This document shows, piece by piece, positions 38,101-39,817 of a DNA stretch of 39,817 nt (positions within the stretch are counted from its first letter, which is position 1; every line of letters begins with the position of its first letter). The notes beneath the pieces are model-generated. The model was not told where the DNA came from. It saw only the letters and a list, made by a program, of their open reading frames with translations, and ran no database searches. This DNA is from Pelomyxa schiedti (lineage: Eukaryota; Protista; Evosea): the NCBI GenBank assembly GCA_020536535.1, contig JAHLWZ010000944.1, positions 1 to 39,817 on the forward strand, given 5' to 3'. The position numbers were made by a program, and so were the translations under genes.

Positions 38101-39761
38101 TGCTTTGCATAGAGATAGAACGCATAAATAATGCCCCCAAAGGCAATGGCAAAGAGCAGTGCAATGAACTTCAAGGAGTCTTGCTGGAACGTGAATTTTG
38201 TGGGAGGCGGATATAGTATCGTCTTCATGAGCATCCCTTTTGTGGTGGAATATCCTGTTCGTATCACCAGAGCTTTAACGTGGCCTTCCGTTGGTTTCAC
38301 ACAAAGAATCTGTGTACCAGAATACAGTGTGTACTTGCCCATCTTGTCAGGATTGTATGGACCCTCCTCATTCTACACTCTCCATTAATGGATGGTTTAG
38401 TATGTCAATTCTGTGAATAAAACGCACCTTCTTGGGAAGAGGCGATTTGAGCACAGGTGTACTCTCCCCTGTAAGACTGCTCTCATTGACGATTACATAC
38501 CCGGATGTCAGAACAACGTCGCAGGGAATTTGTTTCAAGTCATTAAGGCTCACCAAGTCCCCTGCAAAAAAAAATATAAGTTAGCGCAAGGAGTCAGAAG
38601 GAGGCACATACCTGGAATGAGTTTAGTGCTGTCTATTTGCTCCACGGTATCCTTATTGGAGAATCTACTAATTGGACAACTGAACATTGCCATCCTCCTT
38701 AGATTGTTCATGTTCTTGTAAACCGAATACATATTGGCAATAGCTGACAGAATCGAAGTGAGGAAGATGATGATGGCATACCAGTAGTACAACTCACATC
38801 CCCATAGAATAACAGAGAAAAGCTAGCAATAGATAAGTCCTTGGAAAAAACAAGAATGCAATTACTCACTTGAAAGAAGTAAAATGGGTGCAGAATCTCT
38901 TCAACAAAGAGTCGCGGAATTGATTTTTTGGGAATATAAATCAGGTTTTCCCCGTACAATGCTGTTAATGAAGCTCTTGTATCTGCGCTCACACCCCGAT
39001 TCGCCCGGGAATGCAGTACAGAAAAGGGTAAATCCCAATTGTATATGACTCTCCCAAACTTCGAGCCACCCTATTCATACTTAGAATTTTTTTCAGCTCC
39101 TAAAAACCTAGATCAACCTTTAGGAAGTATCTGTAGCACCTAAAAACAGAGAGCAAAGCATGGCCACTGGGCAACCTCTCGGCCTCATTCTCTGGGTCTT
39201 TTTCTACCCCCTTCTCACTCGTATTGACTGCCTCTAGTTTCTCCTCAGAACGAAATATGGAAGCCACATTTGGGATCCTCTGTTGTTGAGTCCTCCATAC
39301 CAGAAGTGCCCGGGCCTCCTGTACTGCACATGACCGGCATGTAAGGACTATCAGCAGTGCCGGAAACCACCAGCAGACAAGTAACAGTATTCCCCCAGTT
39401 AACACACAGCCCTACATGAATGAATAAAATAATTTCACGAAAAAAACATTTCTAATAAACATATATAATAAACACAAAATAAAGTCAAAACAGTAAACGA
39501 ATTACCACGCATTGTTTTTAAAAAATAAAAAATCACAAAAGGGGGAAGAAGTCTTACAATCGCAAAGGCAATGACAAAAGGGATGAAAGGCTTGTAAGGG
39601 ACAACATCACTGAGCTCGTTCTGAGGGGTGTCATCAGCCTTGAGTGATGCTATTTCCTTGACCCTCCTTTGCCTCTCAGCAGCCTTGGTGTCCATCATTT
39701 CTACATGGTGCAAACGGTCTGTCTTTGCCAAGTCCAACTCCCAGTCATTACTTTGTCTCAT
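35172..39761 (-). CDS. P5B-type ATPase (ATP13A2/3-like), many exons
   Basis: [13 protein letters not shown] (A domain), IIVPPALP (P5B-type TM4; P5A has PPELP), FDKTGTLT (phosphorylation site), [14 protein letters not shown] and [15 protein letters not shown]. Confidence 0.93.
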
Positions 39762-39817
39762 TGTGAAATGTGTCTGTGTAGGTTGTTGTGTGCCAACCTT
39801 TTGTAGTTGTTTGTGGT

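Overview
Gene-dense eukaryotic (protist) DNA, not prokaryotic. It holds about 14 spliced or single-exon protein-coding genes plus a partial ORF at the left edge, packed head-to-head and tail-to-tail. Introns are tiny (mostly ~41-47 nt) GT-AG introns with very degenerate splice sites. Genes in order: Sel1-repeat protein, CBM48 protein, LRR-Ras fusion, unknown membrane protein, VPS26, thioredoxin-UBA-ZZ-UBX fusion, TAF11, CCAR1/DBC1-like, GNAT, ankyrin-repeat protein, vitellogenin/LLTP-like secreted protein, SGNH esterase, RVxF+SAP protein, FAN/NSMAF-like BEACH-WD40 protein and a P5B-ATPase. The style suggests an amoebozoan, possibly an archamoeba such as Pelomyxa (inference only). The most unusual segment is the 1.3-kb spacer between VPS26 and the Trx-UBX gene (10818-12060). 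It contains an 89-bp TIR element with a 4-bp flanking direct repeat, which has a second copy at 743-808. It also has a 66-bp near-perfect fold-back, further hairpins, and a ~970-bp tract with a single CpG. All gene models were spliced by eye and no database search was run. A 100-N gap flanked by an identical 121-bp duplication is an assembly artefact.
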